64,000 nucleotides of DNA from Minisyncoccia bacterium (GTDB lineage Bacteria; Patescibacteriota; Minisyncoccia; Phycocordibacterales; PALSA-1337): positions 1,664 through 65,663 of the forward strand of contig JBEKVT010000002.1 of the NCBI GenBank assembly GCA_049997795.1, read 5' to 3'. The notes beneath the pieces are model-generated. The model saw only the letters and a program-made list of their open reading frames with translations. It was not told the origin of the DNA and ran no database searches. A program made the translations under genes and the position numbers. Numbering within the stretch: position 1 is the stretch's first letter; each line of letters opens with the position of its first letter. Below, in pieces: positions 1-8,766 of this stretch.

Positions 1-1182
1 GAACGCCTGAGGAAGGCCGGCACGGCGCCCCAATCGTCATCATCGTCCGGCTTCGCCTCCTTCTTCGCCTCCGAACGTTCGGTTTTGTTTGTTCCGGCCT
101 CGCGCTTGCCGTCGCCGATGGCATTGTAGATCTTGCCTTTCTCGGCCGCGCCCCTCATCAACGAAGCGACGGACGGCTCGCTCCCCGAGGCCAGGGACCT
201 CGGCGGCTTGTCGGAGGCCGGATGGCCCTCCGGGAAGCCCGTGGCTATGACGGTGACCTTGACCTCGTTCTTCCGGAGCTTATCGTTCCTGACCGTGCCG
301 AAGATGATCTTGGCCTCCGGATCGATGGATTCGGTGATGACCTTGGCGGCGTCCTGGATCTCGAACATGGTCAGGTCCTCGCCGCCGGCTATCGAGAACA
401 AGACGCCCTTGGCGCCGGCGATGGAGACGTCGAGGAGAGGAGAATTGATGGCGGCCCTGGCGGCCTCGGTGGCGCGGTTCTCGCCGGTCGCCATGCCGAT
501 GCCCATCAGAGCCGAGCCGGCGTTCTCCATGACCGTCCTGATGTCGGCGAAGTCGATGTTGACGAGCCCCGGAGTGGTGATGAGGTCGGCGATGCCCTCG
601 ACGGCGTGCCGTAGGATGTCGTCGCACATGGCGAAGGCGTTCTTGACGGTGGTGGTCTTGTCGATATTCGAGAGCAGGCGGTCATTCGGGATGACGATGA
701 TGGCGTCCACTTCCTTGCGGAGCTCTTCAAGGCCGGCTTCGGCGATCCTCGAGCGTTGGCGGCCTTCGAAGAAGAACGGCTTGGTGACTACGGCTACCGT
801 AAGGCAGCCGAGCTCTTTGGCGATCCTCGCCACTATGGGGCTTGCCGAAGAGCCGGTGCCGCCGCCTTCGCCGCAGGTCAGGAAGACCATATCGGCGCCC
901 TTGACCGCCTCCTGGATCTCGTCGCGGGCTTCCTCGGCGGCCCGGCGGCCGAGGTCCGGATTCATGCCCGTGCCGAGGCCGCGAGTGATGTTTTTGCCCA
1001 TGTGGACGCACTTCTTGGTGAGAGAGCGGTGCAGGTCTTGGGAGTCCGTGTTGAGGGCGATGAAGTCCACGCCTCTCACCTTACAGTTGATCATGTGGTT
1101 CACGGCATTATTGCCGGAACCGCCTATGCCGAGGACTTTGATGCGGGCAAAAGCTTCGATGTCTGGCGAGATCTTTGGCATG
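1..1182 (-). CDS. ftsZ: Cell division GTPase FtsZ (partial; C-terminal codons run off window start)
   Basis: Reverse-strand translation from ATG at 1182: MPKISPDIEAFARIKVLGIGGSGNNAVNHM...GEGGGTGSSASP (tubulin signature GGGTGSG variant)...C-terminal DWGAVPAFLRR typical FtsZ tail; not in ORF track because it runs off the edge. Confidence 0.95.
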
Positions 1183-1249
1183 GATGGGAGATTAGCTCTG
1201 GGTAGATTGTATGCGGTGTATCATAGCAAGTTATCGTCCCGGCGCAAGC

Positions 1250-1795
1250 CTAGTGGAGCGCTACCCAGACGGCGACGAGGATTATCGCTATCTCGAAGTA
1301 GAAAGTGATCTGTCCCGGATACGTCGTGGTGACGAGCGCCCAATAATATGACAAAGTGCCGCTCGGTTTATCGGTCACGAACTCAGGCACTTCCTTCAGG
1401 CAGAAGCGCTTGTTCGTGAACGGCCACAGCCAGCGGATGCCGTATTCCATGGAATCCAGGACGAAATGAGACCAGGAGCCGGCCAGGATAGTCCAGCCGA
1501 CGAGCGCTATAAAGGACGAGCCGGCGATATGGCCGCCAAGGACGATCGCAAGGCAGGCGAGGAGCCAGGCAAAAGGCGCGTGAGTCGGGTAAGAGCGATG
1601 GCTGTCCATCTTCTTCGAGGTCGCGGACCTCTGATTGAAATAGAAGAATATAAGGTCGATGTCCGGTGCTTCGCCGGCGAGCGTCCCTATGGCGAGAAGG
1701 CTAGCTGTTTGAACGGGCGAAAGGACCGCGTTGGCGAAAAACAGCACTGCCCGTGCCGCCAAATAACCTCCAGCCAGATGTCCGGGTAAGACCAT
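1250..1795 (-). CDS. Membrane-bound metal-dependent hydrolase-like protein (YdjM/DUF457-like), multi-TM
   Basis: 181-aa ORF, several hydrophobic helices, conserved His residues; family assignment by pattern memory only. Confidence 0.4.
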   Translation of the reverse strand: MVLPGHLAGGYLAARAVLFFANAVLSPVQTASLLAIGTLAGEAPDIDLIFFYFNQRSATSKKMDSHRSYPTHAPFAWLLACLAIVLGGHIAGSSFIALVGWTILAGSWSHFVLDSMEYGIRWLWPFTNKRFCLKEVPEFVTDKPSGTLSYYWALVTTTYPGQITFYFEIAIILVAVWVALH

Positions 1796-1807
1796 ATCGG
1801 GATATAT

Positions 1808-2989
1808 CTAAGGCAGGAACTGCTTGAACCAGCGGCCGATGGCCCGCCACGACTTCCTCAGGAATTCGACCGACGTGTCGATCTCCGGCCCTTCTTCGGT
1901 ATGATGGCCCCAGATGCACAGGCCGTAGGCCACCGCCCAGGTGGCGTCTTTGAAGGACGATTTGCTGTCCAGGGCTCCGATCGAGCCGATCCTGGAAGGC
2001 AGCTTCAGAGCCGCCTTGGCCAGGGCATCTATCGAATTCAGGCTGGAGCCGCCGCCCGTTATGACGATGCCAGCCGGTAGGAGGCCATTGCGGCCGATCT
2101 TTCGGAGATGCGTCTCGATGAGCTCGAAGATGTCATACAGGCGCGCGGCCACTATCTCCTCCAGCTTCTTCCTCGGGAAGGATGCTCCGGTGATGGCGCC
2201 GATCTTTATCTGCTCGGCCTCTTCCAGGGGCACCTTGAGGCCCAGGGCGATGTCGTTCGTTATGTCGGTCGAGCCGATGGGGAAGACCTCTAGCGAGGTC
2301 GGGACGTTATTCTCGAAGACAGCGATGGAAACGGTCTCGGCGCCGACGTTGGCCAAGATGCAGCCGGCGACTTTCTGGGCCTTGGACAGGGTCACGAAGC
2401 CGGCGGCGATCGGCGCCACCATGACGTCCTCGACTTCGATGCCGGCCTCGTTCACGGCGGCGATCAAGTCCGCCACGTGGTGGTCTAGGCAGGTGATGAA
2501 GAGCGTCTTCTGTTCGATCTTATTGCCGCTCTGGCCCAGAGGATTCCCGAGAGACGGCTCGCCGTCTATCCTATATTCGAGGGGAATGTCGTATATGATC
2601 CGCCGGTTGGCTATGGCGCTACGGGGGATGTCCTTCTCGCACTGTTCCCGGAGCTTTTCCAGATCGAGCCTGGTGATCACGGCGTCGGCCCTGGAAGTCA
2701 TGACGGAGCTCACGACGGTCGTGCTGCCCAGACCGATGCCGCCGACGCCGACGAAGGCCTTCTTGACCTTGAGGCCCGATTTCTCCTCGGCGCCCCGGAC
2801 GGCCCGGCGGATGCTGTCGGCGACGTCGCGGACGTTGGTGACGTAGCCGTGGCGCACGCCGCGGGATTCGGCGATGCCGGCTCCCACGACCCTCGGTAGG
2901 CCCTTCTCGTTCCTTTCCCTGGCATCAGATGTGACGACCTTGACGAAGTCGGTGCCGACGTCGATGCCTGTGATGATGTTTCGGGCCAT
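1808..2989 (-). CDS. ftsA: Cell division protein FtsA
   Basis: 393 aa, actin-like ATPase; ITGIDVGT start motif, VITGGGS phosphate-2 motif; immediately upstream of ftsZ (classic ftsA-ftsZ order). Confidence 0.9.
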   Translation of the reverse strand: MARNIITGIDVGTDFVKVVTSDARERNEKGLPRVVGAGIAESRGVRHGYVTNVRDVADSIRRAVRGAEEKSGLKVKKAFVGVGGIGLGSTTVVSSVMTSRADAVITRLDLEKLREQCEKDIPRSAIANRRIIYDIPLEYRIDGEPSLGNPLGQSGNKIEQKTLFITCLDHHVADLIAAVNEAGIEVEDVMVAPIAAGFVTLSKAQKVAGCILANVGAETVSIAVFENNVPTSLEVFPIGSTDITNDIALGLKVPLEEAEQIKIGAITGASFPRKKLEEIVAARLYDIFELIETHLRKIGRNGLLPAGIVITGGGSSLNSIDALAKAALKLPSRIGSIGALDSKSSFKDATWAVAYGLCIWGHHTEEGPEIDTSVEFLRKSWRAIGRWFKQFLP

Positions 2990-2995
2990 TTGGGC

Positions 2996-3379
2996 TTAGA
3001 CCTTGAATGCCCTGCGGATCCGGGCTTCCATGCGTTCCATTGTAGCGCCATGGGCGTATCCTTTCAAATGGACGCAGCCGTGGATAAAGAGGAGGGCGAC
3101 GAAATTCTCGTATGACCGCCCGAACCTCCTTGCTTCCTTCCGGGCCTCGGTCGGAGAGATGCATATCTCTCCTTCGGTCCTGGATATCGGGAAAGAGAGG
3201 ACGTCCGTCGCTTCGTCCTTGTTCCGGTATGTCAGGTTCAGCTTTCGGATGTCTCCAGAGCCGATGAAAGCGAGATCGAGCCTGTAATCGGAGCCGAGGA
3301 CGGAATCCTTGATGGCGCGAAAGCGCGCCCGAGGGATGCTCGCGCGCGTTCGATTGATGATGTCGAAATGAGCGGACAT
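2996..3379 (-). CDS. ybeY: Endoribonuclease YbeY (rRNA maturation factor)
   Basis: 127 aa, HGCVHLKGYAHG matches YbeY H3xH5xH zinc motif. Confidence 0.85.
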   Translation of the reverse strand: MSAHFDIINRTRASIPRARFRAIKDSVLGSDYRLDLAFIGSGDIRKLNLTYRNKDEATDVLSFPISRTEGEICISPTEARKEARRFGRSYENFVALLFIHGCVHLKGYAHGATMERMEARIRRAFKV

Positions 3380-3385
3380 CTCCGC

Positions 3386-3625
3386 TTACCTCCGCTCCGG
3401 TTTTGCCGGAGCCTTGCCCTGCTTGACCAATTCAGCCATGGCCTTGCGCCTCGAGATCTGCTTCAGAGCCTTCTGTTTGACCTTGTATGGAGACTGCTTG
3501 CGGCTCGAGAAGCGGATGCTCCTCATGCGCGGGATGACCCCGGCCGACTGGACCTTTCGGCTGAAGCGGCGGATGGTGCTGAGGGCGCTCTCGCCGGGAG
3601 CGCGAGTTATCTCCACGTTTATCAT
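3386..3625 (-). CDS. rpsU: 30S ribosomal protein S21
   Basis: MINVEITRAPGESALSTIRRFSRKVQSAGV... typical S21 N-terminus; basic C-terminus; start moved to internal Met of the 91-aa track ORF. Confidence 0.8.
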   Translation of the reverse strand: MINVEITRAPGESALSTIRRFSRKVQSAGVIPRMRSIRFSSRKQSPYKVKQKALKQISRRKAMAELVKQGKAPAKPERR

Positions 3626-3669
3626 GCGGGGAAGATTAACACATGCCGGCGGGACGCGCAACGGACGGC

Positions 3670-4923
3670 CTATTTCTTCCAGTAAGCCCTCTCCGCTCTT
3701 TTCATGTATGACGGCAGGTCTGAGAGAGGAACGATGTCTTGCGAATAGGTGTCGGTGCGCCGGACGATGGCCGTCTTGTCCATGGCCTCTTTTTTGCCCA
3801 TGACGATGACGTAAGGAGTGTGGTACTTCTCGACGGTCGAAACCTGGGCGCCGAGCCGGTCTTTGGAAAGCGACAGATAGAGCGGGATCTTGGCCTGGTG
3901 CAGGCTCTCCACCACCCGAAGGGAGATGAGCTTGGATTCCGTGCCGAGCTGGACGAACGAGGCGATCGGGCGCTTTATCTTCCTCATGTTGTCGCGCAAT
4001 CTCGCGGCCCGGCCCTTGATGAGTAGCGACAGGCCGATCCCCTGGATGTCTTTTTTCATCTCGAGCCGTTTGGCCAGGCCGTTGTAGCGCACGCCGACGC
4101 CGAGGATGTGCTGGCGATCCTTGGCCCGGCCCTTGTCGGCGTCTATCAGGGTGAAGATGGTCTCCGTGCAGTACGAACGGTTGCCTATGAGGCCGTTATT
4201 CAGGACGTAGGGCACCGCCAAGGCTTCCAGGTATTCTAGGACCTCTTCGAGATGCCGCCGGCTGCCTTCGGAGAGGAAATCTATAGAATGCGGGGCGCCG
4301 GCGTTCAGTTCCTTGCACGATCCGTCGTGCGACGATAAGAGCTCGAAGGGATCGCGCTTCAGGATCTGGCGGCACTCCGGCGTCATACCGTTTATATTCT
4401 TCCGGTAGTAGTCGACGAGTTCTCTCGTGAAGCGGGCCAGGGAATCGCGGTCGCCGATCGAGCTTATCTCGACGGCGATGTCTTTGTAACCTTCCTCGGC
4501 GAGCATGGCCCGTCCGGCTTGGATCAGGGTGGCCTCGGCGATCGGCCCGGAATTGCCGAGGATCTCCAAATCGGCGTAGCGGTGGCAGCCGCTCTTCTTC
4601 CCGGCCGCCGGGGCTCCGGCGGCGCGGCGGCAGCGGTCTTTCAGGTAGATCTGGACCGGCTGCGGCCGGTCGCTCCAACCGTCTTCAAGATACGTGCGGA
4701 TCAAGGCGATCTTCTCTTCGACCCGGAGCGGCAGCCTGGCGTGGCGCTCGGTCTCGTCGTCCACGAAATCCGCCCCGGTTATGCTGCGCGCGGCGTCCAA
4801 ATCGGCCTTGGTTATGGCCGGGCTCTTCACCGGGGTGAAGCCGTAATAGACGGCCGTTTCGCCTATCCTGTCGAGATGCTCGACCGGCATGAATTTCGTG
4901 ATCTTATTTGGCGCTTGTCTCAT
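3670..4923 (-). CDS. hisS: Histidine--tRNA ligase (class II aaRS with C-terminal anticodon-binding domain)
   Basis: 417 aa; GVGVRYNGLAKRL...GIGLSL matches HisRS motif 3 region (GGRYDGL...GFAMGLERL); C-terminal YVIVMGKKE anticodon-binding-like; motif 2 looks divergent. Confidence 0.7.
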   Translation of the reverse strand: MRQAPNKITKFMPVEHLDRIGETAVYYGFTPVKSPAITKADLDAARSITGADFVDDETERHARLPLRVEEKIALIRTYLEDGWSDRPQPVQIYLKDRCRRAAGAPAAGKKSGCHRYADLEILGNSGPIAEATLIQAGRAMLAEEGYKDIAVEISSIGDRDSLARFTRELVDYYRKNINGMTPECRQILKRDPFELLSSHDGSCKELNAGAPHSIDFLSEGSRRHLEEVLEYLEALAVPYVLNNGLIGNRSYCTETIFTLIDADKGRAKDRQHILGVGVRYNGLAKRLEMKKDIQGIGLSLLIKGRAARLRDNMRKIKRPIASFVQLGTESKLISLRVVESLHQAKIPLYLSLSKDRLGAQVSTVEKYHTPYVIVMGKKEAMDKTAIVRRTDTYSQDIVPLSDLPSYMKRAERAYWKK

Positions 4924-5485
4924 CGATTTGTCCTGGCATGACGGCGATCTCCGTAAGCGGCATCAGGCGGATGACCGGCCGGCCGATGATGAGATCGGCG
5001 GGAAGCGGCCCCCAGACGCGGGAATCAGAACTCTGGGCGCGGTTGTCTCCCATGACGAAATATTGTGTCGAACCCAAGATGACGGCCGGAGCGGTGTCGT
5101 GCGAGGCGTGAGCGGCTTCGACGTACGGCTCGTCGAGAAAGACGGCCGTCGACGTCCCGGCCGGAGCGATGCCGACCCTGCCGTCCTTCAAGGACACTTT
5201 CTCGCCCGGCAGGCCGACGATGCGCTTGATATAGTAGACCGAGGGGTCGTCCGGATATTCGAAGACGATGACGTCGCCCCTTTTGGGCGGTTCGAAGCGG
5301 TAGGTCAGGCGGTCGACGAGCAGGAATTGGCCGGAAGAGAAGGTCGGATCCATCGAGGCGCCGTTCACCACGAACGGCTCGACGACGAAGAAACGGATGG
5401 GCAGAGCGATGACGAGGGCGATGACGATGATCCTAGCCCATTCACGGACCCCGTTCCAGAATCCGCTTCTTTTCTCGCCATCCAT
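4904..5485 (-). CDS. lepB: Signal peptidase I
   Basis: N-terminal TM, GASMDPTF (Ser box), YIKRIVGLPGE, GDNRAQSSDSR boxes; overlaps hisS start by 20 nt. Confidence 0.9.
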   Translation of the reverse strand: MDGEKRSGFWNGVREWARIIVIALVIALPIRFFVVEPFVVNGASMDPTFSSGQFLLVDRLTYRFEPPKRGDVIVFEYPDDPSVYYIKRIVGLPGEKVSLKDGRVGIAPAGTSTAVFLDEPYVEAAHASHDTAPAVILGSTQYFVMGDNRAQSSDSRVWGPLPADLIIGRPVIRLMPLTEIAVMPGQIDETSAK

Positions 5486-5551
5486 AGTGCGGCCATTCTA
5501 ATACGGCTGGCCGATTGACGCAAGTTTTTCACCCGTTTATAATCATGCGGC

Positions 5552-6145
5552 ATGATGTTCACGATCGCCGGCCTCGGCAATCCCGGAAAGGAATACGAAG
5601 GCACCCGCCACAACAGCGGGCGGATCATCCTCGACCACATCCGCAAAGAGTGGGACGGCGAGTTCGAACCAGATAAGAAGCTGAATGCGCTAGTCTCGGA
5701 AGTAAAGATCGGCAAGGAGAAAGCGACGCTCGTGGCCCCGGACACCTTCATGAACAATTCCGGCAAGGCCATCGGGAAGCTCATCAAGAATGAGAAGGCC
5801 GCCGAGAAGCTCGTCGTCATCTACGATGATTTCCAGTTGCCGCTAGGCCGCATGAAGATATCTTTCAATAAGAGCGCCGGCGGCCATCGCGGCCTCGATT
5901 CGGTCATCAAGGCCGTGAAGACCGAAGCCTTCACGCGCATCCGGATCGGCACGGCTCCCGCGAATTCGAAAGGCGAAGCCAAAGTGCCGCACGGCGACGA
6001 AAAGATCAATAAGTTCATACTGGGTAAGTTCAAGCCGGATGAATTAAAAACCATCAAGAAAGTCGCCAAGAGAGCCGCCGAAGCCGTCGAAATGATCGTC
6101 AAAGAGGGCAGGGAAAAGGCTATGAGCGTGTTCAATCAAGCGTAG
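5552..6145 (+). CDS. pth: Peptidyl-tRNA hydrolase
   Basis: GLGNPGKEYEGTRHNSG N-terminal signature of Pth. Confidence 0.9.
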   Translation: MMFTIAGLGNPGKEYEGTRHNSGRIILDHIRKEWDGEFEPDKKLNALVSEVKIGKEKATLVAPDTFMNNSGKAIGKLIKNEKAAEKLVVIYDDFQLPLGRMKISFNKSAGGHRGLDSVIKAVKTEAFTRIRIGTAPANSKGEAKVPHGDEKINKFILGKFKPDELKTIKKVAKRAAEAVEMIVKEGREKAMSVFNQA

Positions 6146-6153
6146 TCTGATAA

Positions 6154-6264
6154 GAAAACAAACACATACCTAAAAGAACATTCCCAGCGGGAGCCCACTG
6201 GGAATGTTTTTCTTCAGCTAGAACTCTCGCTTAAGTGGGGTTCTTTTAGGTATGTGTTTGTTTC
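6154..6264. repeat. Palindromic intergenic element, family copy a (reverse orientation); probable bidirectional terminator between convergent pth and rpsA
   Basis: Arms GAAAACAAACACATACCTAAAAGAAC / GTTCTTTTAGGTATGTGTTTGTTTCC (about 23 bp perfect); core CCACTTAAGCG...CCCGCTGGGAATGTTC in reverse complement; right arm ends 1 nt from rpsA stop. Confidence 0.7.
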
Positions 6265-7533
6265 CTAGCTCTTCTCCCCAGCGTACGCCAGGGCCATCTT
6301 CTGCTCTTTCGGGTCGAAAAGGGCGATCTTGAAGGGATAGGTCTTGCCGAGCTCCAGGACCTTTCGGAGCTTCTCTTCGGAGCCGAATTCGGAGACGTGC
6401 ACCAGGCCGGCCACGCCCTCCTCGATCGAGGCCAGGGCGCCGTGCTTGTTGAACTTGATGATCACGCCGGAGACAGGCATGTCCTTCTTGTACTTCTTGC
6501 CGGCCTCGATCCAGGGATTGGGCCGGAGCTGCTTGATGGAGAGGGACACCTTGCCGTCCTTGATCTCGATGATCTTGGCCTTGATCTTCTGACCGGTCTT
6601 GACGAAGTTGCGCGGATCGTCCACCAGACCCCAGTCGATCTCCGAGATGTGGACCAGGCCCTCGAGGCCCTCTTCCAGCTTGACGAAGACGCCGAAATCG
6701 ACCGCGCCCGTGACCACGCCCTCGACTTCGTCGCCGATCTCGTATTTGCTGACGATCTTCTCCTTCTCTTTGTGCTCCAGGCCCTTCTCGGAGAAGATGA
6801 GCTTGCCTTCCTTCGGGTCGGCGGTGATGATCGAGACCTGGAGGCGCTCCCCGACCAGTTTCCGGAGCTCTTCCAGGATTTTATCCTTGTCGCCGTCGGA
6901 GACCCGCGGATAATGGTCGGTCTTCAGCTGGGAAGCCGGCAGGAAGCCGACGATGCCCTGCCATTCCATGAGCAGGCCGCCCTTGTTCGCTTCTTTGACG
7001 AGGAGGTCGAGGACGCGCTTCTCCTTGATGGCCGCTTCGGCCTCGCTCCAGATCAGGGCTTGCCTGGCCTCTTTCAAGGACAGCTCGTAATAGCCGTCTT
7101 TGTGGGCGTCATCGACGATCTTGGCGGCCACGACGTCGCCGACATTCACCTTCTTGATGACGTCGCGGGCCACGATGTATTCGCGGCCGTATATGATGCC
7201 GGTGCCGAAAGGCGCGAGGTCCACGTAGACCGAGGCCTTGTCCACCGCGATGACCGGCCCCTCGACGAGGTCGCCCACTTGAGGCGGATTCTTCATGGCC
7301 GTGATGAAAGGCGCCATGGCGCTGGCTTTTTGGGCGTCGGAGAGCTCAAGCTCGCCGTTCTTCTTGCCGATCGTTCCGGCGGCCTTCCCGGCCTTCTTCT
7401 CGGCCTTTTTATTCGTTTGTTCTCCGGCTGTCTCTTCGGGATGCTTCCCGGTCTGTTTCTTCGGGACCAGGCCTTCCGTGTCGGGACCCGGGCTCTTGGT
7501 CCCGGTCAAAGTCTCTTTTAATCTTTTGAACAT
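6265..7533 (-). CDS. rpsA: 30S ribosomal protein S1 (4 S1 domains, short form) with Lys/Ala-rich N-terminal region
   Basis: Repeated S1-domain patterns (GDVVAAKIVD, GDEVEGVVTGAVDFGVFVKL, GQKIKAKIIEI, VSGVIIKFNKHGALASI). Confidence 0.85.
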   Translation of the reverse strand: MFKRLKETLTGTKSPGPDTEGLVPKKQTGKHPEETAGEQTNKKAEKKAGKAAGTIGKKNGELELSDAQKASAMAPFITAMKNPPQVGDLVEGPVIAVDKASVYVDLAPFGTGIIYGREYIVARDVIKKVNVGDVVAAKIVDDAHKDGYYELSLKEARQALIWSEAEAAIKEKRVLDLLVKEANKGGLLMEWQGIVGFLPASQLKTDHYPRVSDGDKDKILEELRKLVGERLQVSIITADPKEGKLIFSEKGLEHKEKEKIVSKYEIGDEVEGVVTGAVDFGVFVKLEEGLEGLVHISEIDWGLVDDPRNFVKTGQKIKAKIIEIKDGKVSLSIKQLRPNPWIEAGKKYKKDMPVSGVIIKFNKHGALASIEEGVAGLVHVSEFGSEEKLRKVLELGKTYPFKIALFDPKEQKMALAYAGEKS

Positions 7534-7711
7534 GACTGGCCTCCGCGCCCCGCTTTTTAGTCTGTTAATGCTCGGCCAAGGGACGGCCCCGGAGCCGGAA
7601 GATTGCGGGATGACGCGGACTTGTTAATCTCACGCTTGGAACTGACTAAAAACGGCCCATGCCGCAGGTTGGTAATATAGCACGCGGTGTGATAAATTAC
7701 CAGCCAAGAGC

Positions 7712-8344
7712 ATGATCATCACTTACCTCGGCGGCGAATTCATGAAGGTCCAATTCGGCGAGATCACGCTGGCCTTCAATCCGATCTCCAAAGACTCGAA
7801 GCTCCCGACGTCCAAGTTCGGCGCGGACATCGTCCTCTCGAGCTTGAATCACCCGGACATGAACGGCATCGACCAGGTCTCGTTCGGGGACAAGAAGGCC
7901 TTCGCCGTGACCGGTCCAGGCGAGTACGAGATAAGGGGAGTGTTCATCAAAGGCCTACCGTCCGAGTCAGGATATGACGGCGAGAAGCGCGTCAATACCG
8001 TCTACACGGTGGCGCTCGAAGGCATGAACATCTGCTATCTCGGCGCTGTCGATCAATCGGAGTTGCCGAAGGAGACCGACGAAGCCATCGACGAGGTGGA
8101 TATCCTATTCGTGCCGATCGGAGGCGGCGGCGTCTTGGACCCGGCCCGGGCTTACAAGCTGGCGGTCTCGATCGGGCCGAAGGTCATGATCCCCATGCAT
8201 TACGGGGATCTGGGTGGCAGGGATTCACTCAAGGCTTTCCTCAAGGAAGCCGGCGAGAGCCCCAAGCCCGAGACCAGGCTGACCCTCAAAAAGAAAGACC
8301 TGGAAGGGAAGGAGGCCGAGGTGGTCGTATTGCAGAAAGAATGA
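7712..8344 (+). CDS. MBL-fold metal-dependent hydrolase (UPF0173-like)
   Basis: 210 aa; DIVLSSLNHPDMNG, HYGDLGG metal-binding-like motifs. Confidence 0.55.
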   Translation: MIITYLGGEFMKVQFGEITLAFNPISKDSKLPTSKFGADIVLSSLNHPDMNGIDQVSFGDKKAFAVTGPGEYEIRGVFIKGLPSESGYDGEKRVNTVYTVALEGMNICYLGAVDQSELPKETDEAIDEVDILFVPIGGGGVLDPARAYKLAVSIGPKVMIPMHYGDLGGRDSLKAFLKEAGESPKPETRLTLKKKDLEGKEAEVVVLQKE

Positions 8345-8397
8345 GAGCTGGCCCTTGCATATATATCATTTGAGTGGTATGCTCCAGAATATCTACC

Positions 8398-8697
8398 ATG
8401 AATCTCCAAGCCTATCTGGAAGAGCTGCGCGCAAGGCCCGAGCATGAGCGCCGGAAGATCGCCCTTTGGTGGTCGGCCGGCCTGACGGCGGTCATATTCC
8501 TTTTCTGGATATCTTCGATGACCATAACCCAGATCTCGGCCAGACAGGCAGTCTCCGCCGCCATCCAAAAGACCAGTTCGCCGGCGCAGTCGCTGGTAGC
8601 CGGCGTCGGTGCCTTCACCGGCGACGTCTGGAACATGATCGTCGGACCGAAGAAGATAACCTATTCGACTGTCGAAGTCCTGCCGGGCAGCAGGTGA
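8398..8697 (+). CDS. Small membrane protein, hypothetical
   Basis: ~99 aa from internal Met, one TM helix (LWWSAGLTAVIFLFWISSM). Confidence 0.35.
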   Translation: MNLQAYLEELRARPEHERRKIALWWSAGLTAVIFLFWISSMTITQISARQAVSAAIQKTSSPAQSLVAGVGAFTGDVWNMIVGPKKITYSTVEVLPGSR

Positions 8698-8727
8698 TTT
8701 TTCCCTCAAATTCGGCCTCAGAAACGG

Positions 8728-8756
8728 TTGCGGAAAAGGCCGATTTTTGCTATACT
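8728..8756 (+). promoter_or_regulatory. Candidate sigma70-type promoter of gyrA: TTGCGG-17-TGcTATACT, about 10 nt before ATG
   Basis: Read from sequence; extended -10 (TGn) present. Confidence 0.4.
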
Positions 8757-8766
8757 ATAAGGACGA

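Noticed and set aside
133-1308. 391-aa plus-strand ORF and several nested ORFs (222-614 +, 280-627 -, 756-1205 +) at window start
   Set aside because: They lie antisense or out of frame within the minus-strand ftsZ gene, which is confirmed by full-length translation with the tubulin GGGTGSG motif and FtsZ C-terminal tail. They are typical high-GC shadow ORFs.
6397-7521. 374-aa plus-strand ORF
   Set aside because: Shadow of rpsA on the minus strand; Leu/Asp/Gly-rich composition typical of antisense high-GC frames.
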